The notes beneath the pieces were generated by a model. It saw only the letters and a program-made list of their open reading frames with translations, was not told the origin of the DNA and made no database searches. From Escherichia phage CY1_Cui-2023, in the sequence record OQ357823.1: a stretch of DNA of 43,449 nucleotides; one strand, given 5' to 3'. The position numbers and the translations under genes were made by a program. Below are positions 23,768 to 32,046 of this stretch, in pieces (within the stretch, counting starts at the first letter, position 1; the number at the start of each line of letters is the position of its first letter).

Positions 23768-24250
23768 ATGAATATCGCCAGGCAAGATGGACTTTCGCCA
23801 GTCAGAATCGTAATAAATGCAAATGGGTATCGTCAGTCAACGCCATTCTGGGGTTCGATTGATACGTCAGATGTGTACTCAGGTGATGAGCTTGGTGTGC
23901 TAATTAAAATCATCAGGAAGATGGGAGTTAACGGGAAAGGAGTGGTTGGTGTCAGGTCTGTATATGAAGGAGCTCGAAAGGTTAAGCCTTTTGTTGGGCG
24001 TAATGGAGTGATGTTGCTCATCAAGGACAAGCTAATCCCAGAGCTCGACAAGATGAATGTTACATGTCTAATTGGCGATAAGGTTTATGTTCACCCCGCA
24101 ATACTAAATGAGTGTTTGGAGCCTAACTTCAAGGTCTACGAAGGTAAGCATCCTAGTAGACTACCATACCACTTGCGGTACAGCGAGGAAGAGGTTGAGG
24201 CGGCGATGGAGTTTTATCGGGAAGCTAAATTACTCCTGAATGGACAATAG
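23768..24250 (+). CDS. mini-paralog of the 527-aa P-loop protein (N- plus C-terminal segments only); upstream in-frame ATG 23726 is cut off by an amber codon
   Basis: Residues align with the N-terminus (RVAINANGYRQS) and C-terminus (GKGVVGVRS..ARKVKPF...TCLIGDK.Y) of the 19584-21167 product; the reading frame is continuous from ATG 23726 except for TAG at 23759-23761. Confidence 0.45.
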   Translation: MNIARQDGLSPVRIVINANGYRQSTPFWGSIDTSDVYSGDELGVLIKIIRKMGVNGKGVVGVRSVYEGARKVKPFVGRNGVMLLIKDKLIPELDKMNVTCLIGDKVYVHPAILNECLEPNFKVYEGKHPSRLPYHLRYSEEEVEAAMEFYREAKLLLNGQ

Positions 24251-24290
24251 CACGAATTGCTAAACAATCGCCGGAGAAATCCGGCATAAT
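24248..24290 (+). promoter_or_regulatory. dyad-operator promoter (TAGCA-cgaat-TGCTA) with -10 CATAAT
   Basis: Dyad 24248-24262 begins in the TAG stop of the mini-paralog; hairpin CCGGAGAAATCCGG in spacer; -10 24285-24290; leader ATCGACAACACGATGG. Confidence 0.55.
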
Positions 24291-24321
24291 TACCACATCG
24301 ACAACACGATGGAGTATAGAG

Positions 24322-24531
24322 ATGAGAATCAAGATTATTGAAGTTGACATTGCTGATGGTGACGAACTTAGCCTTGCTGATTGCGGTTTCCAGGTTGGTG
24401 ATATTGTTGATGTTTCTGGTAAGTATAAAGATGGTAGCTTATCAGTTCAGGCGATTCGTGATACTGATTTAGTAACAATCGGCAACGAGATTAGTTTGCA
24501 AGAAGGCGAATACGAGGTAATTGAAGAATGA
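24322..24531 (+). CDS. hypothetical small acidic protein, 69 aa
   Basis: ORF; about 30 percent Asp/Glu. Confidence 0.5.
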   Translation: MRIKIIEVDIADGDELSLADCGFQVGDIVDVSGKYKDGSLSVQAIRDTDLVTIGNEISLQEGEYEVIEE

Positions 24532-24707
24532 GATTCCGACAATCAGAACCAAAACTTCAGGCTAACCACTCCGACGGCTACGCAACATTCATCATTGCTC
24601 AGGCTTGCGGAATGCGTGACGAACCTCAAGTTCACACCATCCACTTAACAGAAGAGCAAGCTAGAGAACTGGCTTACGAAATTCTTGAGCAATTGAACAA
24701 GATTTAA
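24528..24707 (+). CDS. hypothetical small protein, 59 aa (below ORF-track cutoff)
   Basis: ATGA overlap with previous stop; translation MRFRQSEPKLQANHSDGYATFIIAQACGMRDEPQVHTIHLTEEQARELAYEILEQLNKI. Confidence 0.35.
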   Translation: MRFRQSEPKLQANHSDGYATFIIAQACGMRDEPQVHTIHLTEEQARELAYEILEQLNKI

Positions 24708-24717
24708 GGAAAACAAG

Positions 24718-24852
24718 ATGCACACGGAACTTATGATTGACGAGGTTTTAGTTGAGGCTTTACCATGGTTGTTGTGGTCTCTGGGCTTCGCGATTATTTA
24801 CATTATTTCGGCAGCCGTAGACGATGCTAAAACGCATTCTAACGAACTATAA
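24718..24852 (+). CDS. hypothetical small membrane peptide, 44 aa
   Basis: SD AAGGA 7 nt before ATG 24718; hydrophobic core LPWLLWSLGFAIIYIISAAV. Confidence 0.3.
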   Translation: MHTELMIDEVLVEALPWLLWSLGFAIIYIISAAVDDAKTHSNEL

Positions 24853-24870
24853 TTTAAGGCATGCGATTAG

Positions 24871-25029
24871 ATGGATAACTACGAAAAACCAAGCCAGTGG
24901 GCTAAGAGAATGATGGATGATGCTGAGACTGGCGAGATTGCCATGATGTACTTTGAGTTAATGAATATCTGGAAAGAGCGTGAGGAAAAGTGTGGTCTAA
25001 ATAAGGGCGAGGATAAGAAAAGTGCTTAA
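24871..25029 (+). CDS. hypothetical small protein, 52 aa
   Basis: ATG 24871 to TAA 25027-25029; weak SD; translation MDNYEKPSQWAKRMMDDAETGEIAMMYFELMNIWKEREEKCGLNKGEDKKSA. Confidence 0.3.
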   Translation: MDNYEKPSQWAKRMMDDAETGEIAMMYFELMNIWKEREEKCGLNKGEDKKSA

Positions 25030-25180
25030 CACATGTTTATTCCCGAAATGTGATGAATTTGTTGAGGATTTAATCTACTTCAATGAGAAATACGGTGACA
25101 CGTTTGAGTGCGATGGCGATACAGACGAAGTATTAGCAACTTTTGATAGAGGGCCAGATGTAGACAGCACGAATAGCTAA
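25022..25180 (+). CDS. hypothetical small Cys-containing protein, 52 aa, GTG start (tentative)
   Basis: GTG 25022 preceded by GAGGAT SD; ends DSTNS-stop inside the dyad operator like several other genes; overlaps previous ORF in another frame. Confidence 0.25.
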   Translation: MLNTCLFPKCDEFVEDLIYFNEKYGDTFECDGDTDEVLATFDRGPDVDSTNS

Positions 25181-25207
25181 ACGTGACAGGCATTGATGCC
25201 ATATAAT
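25165..25207 (+). promoter_or_regulatory. dyad-operator promoter variant (CAGCA-cgaat-AGCTA) with consensus -10 TATAAT
   Basis: Dyad 25165-25179; hairpin GGCATTGATGCC in spacer; TATAAT 25202-25207; leader AATCAAACAACGAGAGG. Confidence 0.55.
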
Positions 25208-25236
25208 CAACCAATCAAACAACGAGAGGGCAGAAA

Positions 25237-25473
25237 ATGTTCGGATTAGAAGATGCATACTTCAACGCAGTTAAGCACCAGGCTGACAAGCTGAACGACG
25301 AGTACGGAAAGTTGGGCGCAAAGAAGAAAGACGATAAAGTTGTCGCAGCACTGATTACTCAGGTTTGGGGTCCTGTGTCTACGCTAATTGCGAGGGATAA
25401 ATTTGTGTGGATAGCTGGGTATAGAAAAGGTCGCGTTGGCCACGATGAGAATGGGAATAGCCTTTATGAATAA
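25237..25473 (+). CDS. hypothetical protein, 78 aa
   Basis: ORF downstream of operator promoter. Confidence 0.5.
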   Translation: MFGLEDAYFNAVKHQADKLNDEYGKLGAKKKDDKVVAALITQVWGPVSTLIARDKFVWIAGYRKGRVGHDENGNSLYE

Positions 25474-25702
25474 GATCAAGTCACTAATGTTTAAGGTCGG
25501 AATTCTACATAAGCATAAATATAGATTATTCCGACGCATAAGTTGGTTTGAGGATTCGTATCAGGATGGGTGTAGGACAAAGCTAATCTGTACAGTTTGC
25601 GGGAAGATTGTTAACTCAAATGTTGACCTAATGGTTTGTAAAAGCACGCTGGATTTCGTTAGGTATGAAAAAGAGATTGCATCACTGACAGGAAAGTATT
25701 AG
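25445..25702 (+). CDS. hypothetical protein with CxxC zinc-ribbon-like motif (start uncertain: 25445 or 25466)
   Basis: ORF containing ...CRTKLICTVCGK...; overlaps the end of the previous gene. Confidence 0.4.
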   Translation: MRMGIAFMNKIKSLMFKVGILHKHKYRLFRRISWFEDSYQDGCRTKLICTVCGKIVNSNVDLMVCKSTLDFVRYEKEIASLTGKY

Positions 25703-25901
25703 TATTTATCTCGTAGGCATACGAGCTAGCCAAGCTAGAACGGCGCACGGAGCGCAACACAAAGTCCATTGCTAATTAAGTAGCGTACATGGCAAGTTGG
25801 CCAAAGAGGATAAGGCGCAAACCTCAATAACCGGTCGAGAAACTCGACGCTGGAGGCGTAACCAGCAATCTTTAAATAGCGCAATCGCTACTTAAATATT
25901 T

Positions 25902-25977
25902 GTTCTGCTGGCGTAACAGGATAACGCAAAGACCTCCTAAGTCTTAGTTGCTGGTTCGAGTCCAGCGCGGAACACCA
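25902..25977 (+). tRNA. tRNA-Arg (anticodon CCU)
   Basis: Hand-folded cloverleaf: acceptor GTTCTGC/GCGGAAC (one G-U), D-arm GCGT-AACAGGATA-ACGC, anticodon arm AAGAC-CTCCTAA-GTCTT (CCT at 25936-25938), T-arm GCTGG-TTCGAGT-CCAGC, discriminator A plus encoded CCA; 76 nt. Confidence 0.8.
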
Positions 25978-25993
25978 ATAAAGGAGATTCATT

Positions 25994-26176
25994 ATGTGGG
26001 ATGTTAAGCTTTCAATCCGCTTAATGGGTCGAAGCTGTAAGAATTGTCAGCAAGAATTTATCGCGTCGGTTACCGCTGAGTCCTCAGAGGAAGCGGTAGC
26101 GAAAGTAAAGGTAATGTCTGGTGCCGACCCGTATTACCACAAATTCCTAGTAACTTACGTTCGTGAGCGAAAGTAA
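25994..26176 (+). CDS. hypothetical small protein, 60 aa
   Basis: Strong SD AAAGGAGA before ATG 25994; contains CKNC. Confidence 0.5.
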   Translation: MWDVKLSIRLMGRSCKNCQQEFIASVTAESSEEAVAKVKVMSGADPYYHKFLVTYVRERK

Positions 26177-26228
26177 AAGAAGTTCTACTCTCTGGTTGTT
26201 TCATCTCTCTCGTTGTTGTTCGATAATT

Positions 26229-26252
26229 CGCCCTCTTCTTGAGGGCTTTTTT
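26229..26252 (+). terminator. intrinsic terminator separating the early/accessory block from the packaging genes
   Basis: GCCCTC-TTCTT-GAGGGC hairpin followed by TTTTTT. Confidence 0.7.
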
Positions 26253-26264
26253 ACGTCTGTAATA

Positions 26265-26273
26265 TGGTATAAT
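26265..26273 (+). promoter_or_regulatory. extended -10 promoter (TGGTATAAT) for the packaging/head operon
   Basis: TG-N-TATAAT at 26265-26273, 25 nt upstream of terS ATG; no good -35. Confidence 0.4.
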
Positions 26274-26298
26274 CCTACATCAACAAAGGAGGTCACAA

Positions 26299-26823
26299 AT
26301 GAAAGACGAAAACTTCACCAGCCAGGCGCAAGAAAAGATTCGCTCTGGCAACTTCAAAGCCATGTACAACAAAAAGTATTCTGACATTACAACTCTGTCC
26401 AAAAACCGAATAATGACCCCAGAGCAGCTATTCGACCTGGCCGTGAAATACTTCTCATGGGCTGAGAGCCAGGCAATCAAGGCAATTGAGACAGCCAGCT
26501 TCCAGGGTGTCGTAACCGAGAATCTGGTGCACAAGCCACGAGTCTTCACACTAACAGGATTCTGCCTTTACTGCGGTGTTACCCATAGCGCAATAGAGAA
26601 ATGGAGGAAGTCGGCGGGTTATGACGAGGTAATTGCATTCATTGATTCCGTGATTCGCGAGCAGAAGTATCAGCTGGCAGCGTCTGGCATTGTTAACCCT
26701 GGCATGATTTCCAAAGAACTTGGCATCGATAAGCCGCAGGAGATTACTATAAGCAATAACTCTTCAGCTAACGACGTTGGCACGATGAAGGAAGCGCTGG
26801 AGTCTGTGATTAGTAAGCTGTAG
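26299..26823 (+). CDS. terS: terminase small subunit
   Basis: 174-aa ORF with strong SD AAAGGAGG, positioned immediately upstream of the HNH and large terminase genes. Confidence 0.6.
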   Translation: MKDENFTSQAQEKIRSGNFKAMYNKKYSDITTLSKNRIMTPEQLFDLAVKYFSWAESQAIKAIETASFQGVVTENLVHKPRVFTLTGFCLYCGVTHSAIEKWRKSAGYDEVIAFIDSVIREQKYQLAASGIVNPGMISKELGIDKPQEITISNNSSANDVGTMKEALESVISKL

Positions 26824-26862
26824 CACTTTTTGTTAAAAGAAGAGGCCCAATCAATGAGATAA
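26821..26862 (+). promoter_or_regulatory. dyad-operator promoter (TAGCA-ctttt-TGTTA) with -10 GATAAT, upstream of HNH gene
   Basis: Dyad 26821-26835 overlaps terS stop; -10-like GATAAT 26857-26862 sits in the loop of hairpin GGCCCA...TGGGCC. Confidence 0.45.
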
Positions 26863-26891
26863 TGGGCCCAACAAACTAGCGAGGTGATCAT

Positions 26892-27398
26892 ATGAATTGG
26901 CATGATATTTTTGAATATAGAGACGGGCTTTTAATAAGAAAGGTAAAAGTAGCAAATGTATCAAAGGTTGGAGAGGTGGCCGGAAGAGTTGATAAATTTG
27001 GCTATGTGATACTAAAGTATAGACAAAAAGCATACAGGTGTCACAGGGTGGTGTGGGAGATGCACAATGGAGCAATCCCTAAAGGCATGTACATAGATCA
27101 CATAAACCAAAATAGAAGTGACAATAGAATAGAGAACTTAAGGTTAGTAAGCAATAAAGAGAACTCAAATAACAGATCACTATCATCAAGAAATAAAAGC
27201 GGAATAAACGGTGTAAGCTGGTGCAAAAGAGAGAATAGATGGCTTGTTCAGGCTAGAGAGTTTGGTAAAACAGTCTTCATATGCTACAAGGACACTATAG
27301 AGGAGGCTGCATTGGCAAGGTCGCAGTATGACAAATTGAACGGATATCATGAAAATCATGGCTCTGAAAATAAAGGCTACCTAAATACGAGAGCGTAA
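26892..27398 (+). CDS. HNH homing endonuclease with AP2-like DNA-binding domain
   Basis: HNH core (CHRVVWEMHNG...IDHINQNRSDNRIENLRLVSNKEN) followed by AP2-like segment (KSGINGVSW...W.A..F.....DTIEEA); inserted between terS and terL. Confidence 0.8.
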   Translation: MNWHDIFEYRDGLLIRKVKVANVSKVGEVAGRVDKFGYVILKYRQKAYRCHRVVWEMHNGAIPKGMYIDHINQNRSDNRIENLRLVSNKENSNNRSLSSRNKSGINGVSWCKRENRWLVQAREFGKTVFICYKDTIEEAALARSQYDKLNGYHENHGSENKGYLNTRA

Positions 27399-27400
27399 CA

Positions 27401-28972
27401 ATGAGTGAATTAATAGTCTGGGATGAACTGACTCACGCTGAAAAGATGGCTATAAAGGCAATCTCTGAGCATAGTTTCGAAGGGTTCTTGCGGTGCTTCT
27501 TTCAGATAACGCAAGGCGAGAGATTCAAAATGAATTGGCATGCTAAATACCTTTGTCGTGTCATAGATGAGATTCTTGATGGTAAGAGAAAGGATACCAT
27601 CATAAACGTAGCTCCTGGATCAGCCAAAACCGAGCTCTTTAGTATACATTTCCCTGTATATAGCATGATCAAGATTAAGAAGGTTAGAAATCTTAGTTTG
27701 TCGTTCTCTGACTCATTGGTTAAGCGTAACTCAAAGCGTGTGCGCGACCTGATTAAGTCAAAGGAGTTTCAGGAACTTTGGCCTTGCTCATTTGGGACTT
27801 GCAGGGATGATGAGATTCAGGTTCTAGATGAAGATGGAAAGGTGAGGTTTGAATCGATATCTAAGGCAATGGCTGGACAGGTGACTGGTTCGCGTGGTGG
27901 TTACATGACCGATGATTACAGTGGATGCATAATGCTTGATGACCCGCTGAAGCCAGATGATGCGCTTAGTAATGTAAGGAGGGAGGCTGTTAATATGCTT
28001 CTCAAGAACACAATTCGCTCACGAAGGGCGAGTTCAGTTAAGGGAAAAGAGACTCCAATATTAGCCGTTCAGCAAAGGCTTCATGTTCTTGACACTAGTC
28101 ACTTCATGGAGTCTGGGCAGATGGGGATAAAATTCGACGTAGTTAAAATTCCAGCAATAGTCACGGAAGAATACGCCGACACGCTTCCTGAATGGATTAG
28201 GCAGCAGTTTATAGATGACGTTCTTTCTTCGCCATTTGTAGAGCGCGATGGGGTTAAGTATTACAGCTACTTCCCAGCAAAGGAATCAATAGAAGACTTG
28301 ATAGCCATGCGTGATGCTGATCCTTACACATTCCTTAGTCAATATGCTCAGGAGCCTGTAGCTCTAGGTGGCAACCTGATTAACGTAGACTGGCTCCAGC
28401 GCATTAGTGACACCCTGCGACCGCCAGCTAAGTACGATTACAGGTTCATGACGCTTGATACCGCGATGACCACTAAAAGCTACAGTGACTTTAGTGTACT
28501 GCAACTCTGGGGCTATAAGGATGGCAAGATTTACCTGTTAGACCAGCGACGTGGTAAATGGGAGGCGCCAGAGCTAGAGGCAGAGCTATTAGACTTCGAG
28601 AGGATGGCAAGGGCATCCAATCAGACAGATGGTATCCTTCGTAAAATCATCATCGAGAAGAAAGCATCTGGTATAGGTCTGATTCAATCAGCAGGAAGGG
28701 TTATGCGAACGCCTATCGAGCCATACGTGCCAGATAACGACAAGCTGACTCGCGTAATGAGTGCACTTCCTCAGATTAAGGCTGGCAACGTTATCCTGCC
28801 GGAGTCAGCAAATTGGCTTAACGGATTGCTAACAGAGATTGCAGCATTTACGGCAGATGATTCTCACTCGCACGATGACCAGATAGACTGTTTGACGATG
28901 GCTGTCAACCTGGTACTGAACATCGCAGAAGACCCTAAAGCGAGAATGATGCGATTAGCAGGAATTAAATAA
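27401..28972 (+). CDS. terL: terminase large subunit
   Basis: 523-aa ORF with N-terminal ATPase and C-terminal nuclease-like acidic motifs (ILDDPLKPDD...), located between terS and portal. Confidence 0.8.
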   Translation: MSELIVWDELTHAEKMAIKAISEHSFEGFLRCFFQITQGERFKMNWHAKYLCRVIDEILDGKRKDTIINVAPGSAKTELFSIHFPVYSMIKIKKVRNLSLSFSDSLVKRNSKRVRDLIKSKEFQELWPCSFGTCRDDEIQVLDEDGKVRFESISKAMAGQVTGSRGGYMTDDYSGCIMLDDPLKPDDALSNVRREAVNMLLKNTIRSRRASSVKGKETPILAVQQRLHVLDTSHFMESGQMGIKFDVVKIPAIVTEEYADTLPEWIRQQFIDDVLSSPFVERDGVKYYSYFPAKESIEDLIAMRDADPYTFLSQYAQEPVALGGNLINVDWLQRISDTLRPPAKYDYRFMTLDTAMTTKSYSDFSVLQLWGYKDGKIYLLDQRRGKWEAPELEAELLDFERMARASNQTDGILRKIIIEKKASGIGLIQSAGRVMRTPIEPYVPDNDKLTRVMSALPQIKAGNVILPESANWLNGLLTEIAAFTADDSHSHDDQIDCLTMAVNLVLNIAEDPKARMMRLAGIK

Positions 28973-28984
28973 GCGTGATAAACT

Positions 28985-29007
28985 AGCCTCTTAAATGGGG
29001 CTTTTTT
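28985..29007 (+). terminator. hairpin plus T-run directly fused to the portal SD (TTTTTTATTGGAG)
   Basis: AGCCTC-TTAAAT-GGGGCT then TTTTT, immediately followed by GGAG and ATG 29022. Confidence 0.45.
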
Positions 29008-29021
29008 ATTGGAGCAAGAAA

Positions 29022-30296
29022 ATGGTAAAAGCAGATTCATACGCCACGCAGTTCCTGGGTGGAACTAGTGATGGTAGCGAGATTTACGGGCAATTCGGCA
29101 ACACTTACCTTGCGCCACCATTCGCCGATTCACTTTACGTGTCTAACTCACTGGTTCGCCGCATCGTCGATACCATCCCAGAGACAGCAATCGCCGCAGG
29201 TTTCCATATTGATGGCATTGATAACGAGGGTGAATTCTGGTCAAGGTGGGATTACCTAAAGGTCAACGAGTCAATCTCTGACGCATGGTCATGGGCGAGG
29301 TTGTTCGGCGGCTCAGCTATTGTGGCTATCGTTAAGGATAATCGTGCGCTAACTAGTCCGGTACGTGAAGGTGCTGAACTTGAATCGCTTCGAGTATACG
29401 ATCGCAGTCAGGTGAGGGTGCAAGCGAAGGAGGAGAATCCTCGCAATGTTCGATTTGGAAAACCACTAACGTACCGCATAACACCTGAAGGTAGCTCCAC
29501 GTTTTATGATGTGCATTACTCTCGAGTTCACATTATGGATGGAGAGAAGATTCCTAGCTCATTGCGTCTCGGCAATGATGGGTGGGGTGCTAGCGTTCTG
29601 GTTCCTGACCTACTGGAGGCAATCAAGGATTATCAGACGTGCGAGAAACTGGCAACCCAGTTATTGCGCCGTAAGCAACAGGCGGTATGGAAGGCGAAGG
29701 GGCTTGCTGAATTGTGTGACGACGCAGAAGGTTTTGGTGCGGCAAGGTTAAGGCTGGCTCAGGTTGATGATAATTCCGGCGTTGGTCGCGCGATTGGTAT
29801 TGATGCAGAGTCTGAAGAGTACAGTGTTCTGAACTCGGATATTGGTGGGATTGATGGATTCCTGGATAAGAAATTCGACAGGATTGTTGCTCTGAGTGGT
29901 ATTCATGAAATCATCCTCAAAGGCCGTAACGTTGGTGGTTTGTCATCAAGCCAAAACACAGCATTGGAGACATTCCATAAACTAATCGACCGCAAGAGAA
30001 ATGAAGAATTACTCCCTGTTCTTGGTTTTTTAATCCCGTTCATCACAACCGAGCAGGAATGGTCAGTTGAGTTTAATCCGCTAGCTCAGGAATCGAAGAA
30101 GGACCGCGCTGAAATACTGAAGAATAACGTTGATTCAATCGCCACTCTCATCACTAACGGAGTAATGGACGCAGATGAAGCACGAGATACCTTGCGCGCA
30201 TTAGCCCCTGAGGTTAAGATTGGTGAAGGTTCGATTGTAACTGAGCAGCCCGCACAAGAAGAATCACCAAAAGAGGAGATTGTAATTGAAAGCTAA
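29022..30296 (+). CDS. portal protein
   Basis: About 425-aa ORF after terL with SD GGAG 7 nt upstream of ATG 29022 (track start 28995 lacks an SD); acidic C-terminus. Confidence 0.75.
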   Translation: MVKADSYATQFLGGTSDGSEIYGQFGNTYLAPPFADSLYVSNSLVRRIVDTIPETAIAAGFHIDGIDNEGEFWSRWDYLKVNESISDAWSWARLFGGSAIVAIVKDNRALTSPVREGAELESLRVYDRSQVRVQAKEENPRNVRFGKPLTYRITPEGSSTFYDVHYSRVHIMDGEKIPSSLRLGNDGWGASVLVPDLLEAIKDYQTCEKLATQLLRRKQQAVWKAKGLAELCDDAEGFGAARLRLAQVDDNSGVGRAIGIDAESEEYSVLNSDIGGIDGFLDKKFDRIVALSGIHEIILKGRNVGGLSSSQNTALETFHKLIDRKRNEELLPVLGFLIPFITTEQEWSVEFNPLAQESKKDRAEILKNNVDSIATLITNGVMDADEARDTLRALAPEVKIGEGSIVTEQPAQEESPKEEIVIES

Positions 30297-31398
30297 AATT
30301 CGTTATGACAGTGCAAAAGTTAAAGCGCGATTTGACGAAAACGGATTCCTGGTAGATACACCTGTGGTTGCTCGCGTAGGCGTGCAATCATACTACCTGC
30401 CAGATGGCTCGGAACGACGCGAATTTAGGCCAGCTTCAGAGGTCTTTAAAGCTGATTCTCTTGCAAGTTATCAGGGCAAGCCGATTACCTTAGGCCACGT
30501 GTTTGTTAACGTTGATAATGCCAAGCAGGTAGTTGTAGGCTCAGTGTCTGGCTCAGCAATGCGTCAGGATTCGAACGTGGTAGTTCCACTAACCGTTTAC
30601 GACAAGGAATCAATCGAGAAAGCTAAATCTGGCATTGCCGCCGAGTTATCTGTAGGCTACTCGACTGTTGATGTTGAGTCTCCAGGTTGGGGGAGTAATG
30701 AGACTGGTGAATACAAGTTGGATGGTGATTACGAGTCCCAAGATGAAATTCCACCTGACTGGGTTCGTTTTGATGCACTGCAAACTAACATTATTGTTAA
30801 TCACGTTGCAATGGTATACAAAGGTCGCGCAGGTGTTGCAAAATTGAATATGGACGCAGAACAGGAAAACCCGTATACTGACAGCGTTGATTCTATTAAA
30901 GAGGATGTTAAAGAAATGGTTAAGATTAAACTGGATGGCGCCCAGGAGTTCGAAATCGCTCCAGAAGTTGCCGCACACATTGAAGCTATTAAAAAAGATG
31001 CAGTTGACGCTAAAACCAAAGCCGACTGCATTGAAGCTGAGCGTGATGCGCTGAAGGCTAAAGTAGACGCGATGCCTGCTGAAATCGAGAAAGCCGTTAA
31101 AGCTGCTAAAGCCGACGCTGAAGCACTTGCCGCTCTGGTTACTGTAGCCGCAGAGGTTGGAATTAAGACTGATGGTCTGGATGCTAAAGGCATCAAAGTA
31201 GCTTACGTTAAAGAAGTTTCCGGCCTTGATGTTGCTGATAAATCCGACGCATACATCGACGCAGCGTTCGACATTGCCAAGGATTCTGATAAAATGGCTG
31301 AAGTTCGTAAAGCTACCGTAGCTTCCGACAAATCTGACAAAGCTGACGAACCTAAGAAATTAGACCCACGTGCTCGTCTGGCTAAAATTAAAAAGTAA
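30286..31398 (+). CDS. head maturation protease / scaffold-like protein (TTG start)
   Basis: TTG 30286 with strong SD AAGAGGAG; C-terminal half is Ala/Lys/Glu/Asp-rich coiled-coil-like (scaffold-like); sits between portal and capsid genes. Confidence 0.55.
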   Translation: MKAKIRYDSAKVKARFDENGFLVDTPVVARVGVQSYYLPDGSERREFRPASEVFKADSLASYQGKPITLGHVFVNVDNAKQVVVGSVSGSAMRQDSNVVVPLTVYDKESIEKAKSGIAAELSVGYSTVDVESPGWGSNETGEYKLDGDYESQDEIPPDWVRFDALQTNIIVNHVAMVYKGRAGVAKLNMDAEQENPYTDSVDSIKEDVKEMVKIKLDGAQEFEIAPEVAAHIEAIKKDAVDAKTKADCIEAERDALKAKVDAMPAEIEKAVKAAKADAEALAALVTVAAEVGIKTDGLDAKGIKVAYVKEVSGLDVADKSDAYIDAAFDIAKDSDKMAEVRKATVASDKSDKADEPKKLDPRARLAKIKK

Positions 31399-31409
31399 GG
31401 AGATAGATA

Positions 31410-31904
31410 ATGGCAATTCGTTCTGTAGCTCTGGCAGGTATGGTAGCTGATACTTCCCTGTATAATATCGATGGTGCTTGTGTAGTTGGTGGTACTGCTG
31501 CCACTAGAATCCCGGTTGGAACATTCGTAGGTGTTAGCACCGCTCAGCCAGTAGATGGTCACAAGGTTGTTGCCCTTCCGGCTATATCAGGAACTGCAAT
31601 TAAACCTTACGGCGTTGTTGTTAAATCTCATTATGAGACTCCAGATGGTCAGGCTCGCGGCCTTGAGGCAGTTAACGTAATGACTTCTGGTCGTATTTGG
31701 GTTCGCACTACTCTTGCAGCTGCTCCGGCATTTGGTGACAAGGTTTTCGTAAATGAAAGTGGCGTTGTTGCCGCTAAAGTGGGACGTTCTACCTGGGGAA
31801 CTGGTTTCACATTTGCTGGTGGCTATGTATCAGCTAGTGAAAGCGTTGATGGCGCACTGGTTGAAGTTCAGCTGATTCAATCCGCAGACTCAACTGTGGC
31901 TTAA
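31410..31904 (+). CDS. putative head decoration / head-associated protein, 164 aa
   Basis: SD AAGGAG; Gly/Val/Ala-rich beta-type sequence between scaffold and major capsid genes. Confidence 0.45.
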   Translation: MAIRSVALAGMVADTSLYNIDGACVVGGTAATRIPVGTFVGVSTAQPVDGHKVVALPAISGTAIKPYGVVVKSHYETPDGQARGLEAVNVMTSGRIWVRTTLAAAPAFGDKVFVNESGVVAAKVGRSTWGTGFTFAGGYVSASESVDGALVEVQLIQSADSTVA

Positions 31905-31930
31905 CAAAATCTGAATGCACAAATAAACAA

Positions 31931-31951
31931 CCTCCTTCGGGAGGTTTTTTT
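31931..31951 (+). terminator. intrinsic terminator
   Basis: CCTCC-TTCG-GGAGG hairpin followed by TTTTTTT. Confidence 0.7.
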
Positions 31952-32046
31952 ATACCTTCCGCTTGGTCATGATAGAATCATTGCGCGGTCCTCAAACTAG
32001 TGTATAATTGACTCGTACATACCTAACTGAAAAGGAATAAACAAGA

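Noticed and set aside
19584-24250. Inverted paralogous segments as the ends of an invertible DNA segment
   Set aside because: Shared segments are only about 63 percent identical at nucleotide level with no extended identical core, and no recombinase gene is present
25703-25901. A second tRNA upstream of tRNA-Arg
   Set aside because: No acceptor/T-arm combination could be folded by hand; only a simple hairpin and a degenerate dyad were found
26163-26384. Track ORF 26163-26384 spanning the terminator and terS start
   Set aside because: It crosses an intrinsic terminator and the terS SD in a different frame and has no start context
30801-31196. Antisense ORF (131 aa, Ala/Ser-rich) inside the scaffold gene, and antisense ORFs inside J, the tape measure gene and terL
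   Set aside because: They lie entirely within much longer sense ORFs that have clear SDs and domain content, and their composition mirrors the sense-strand codon bias
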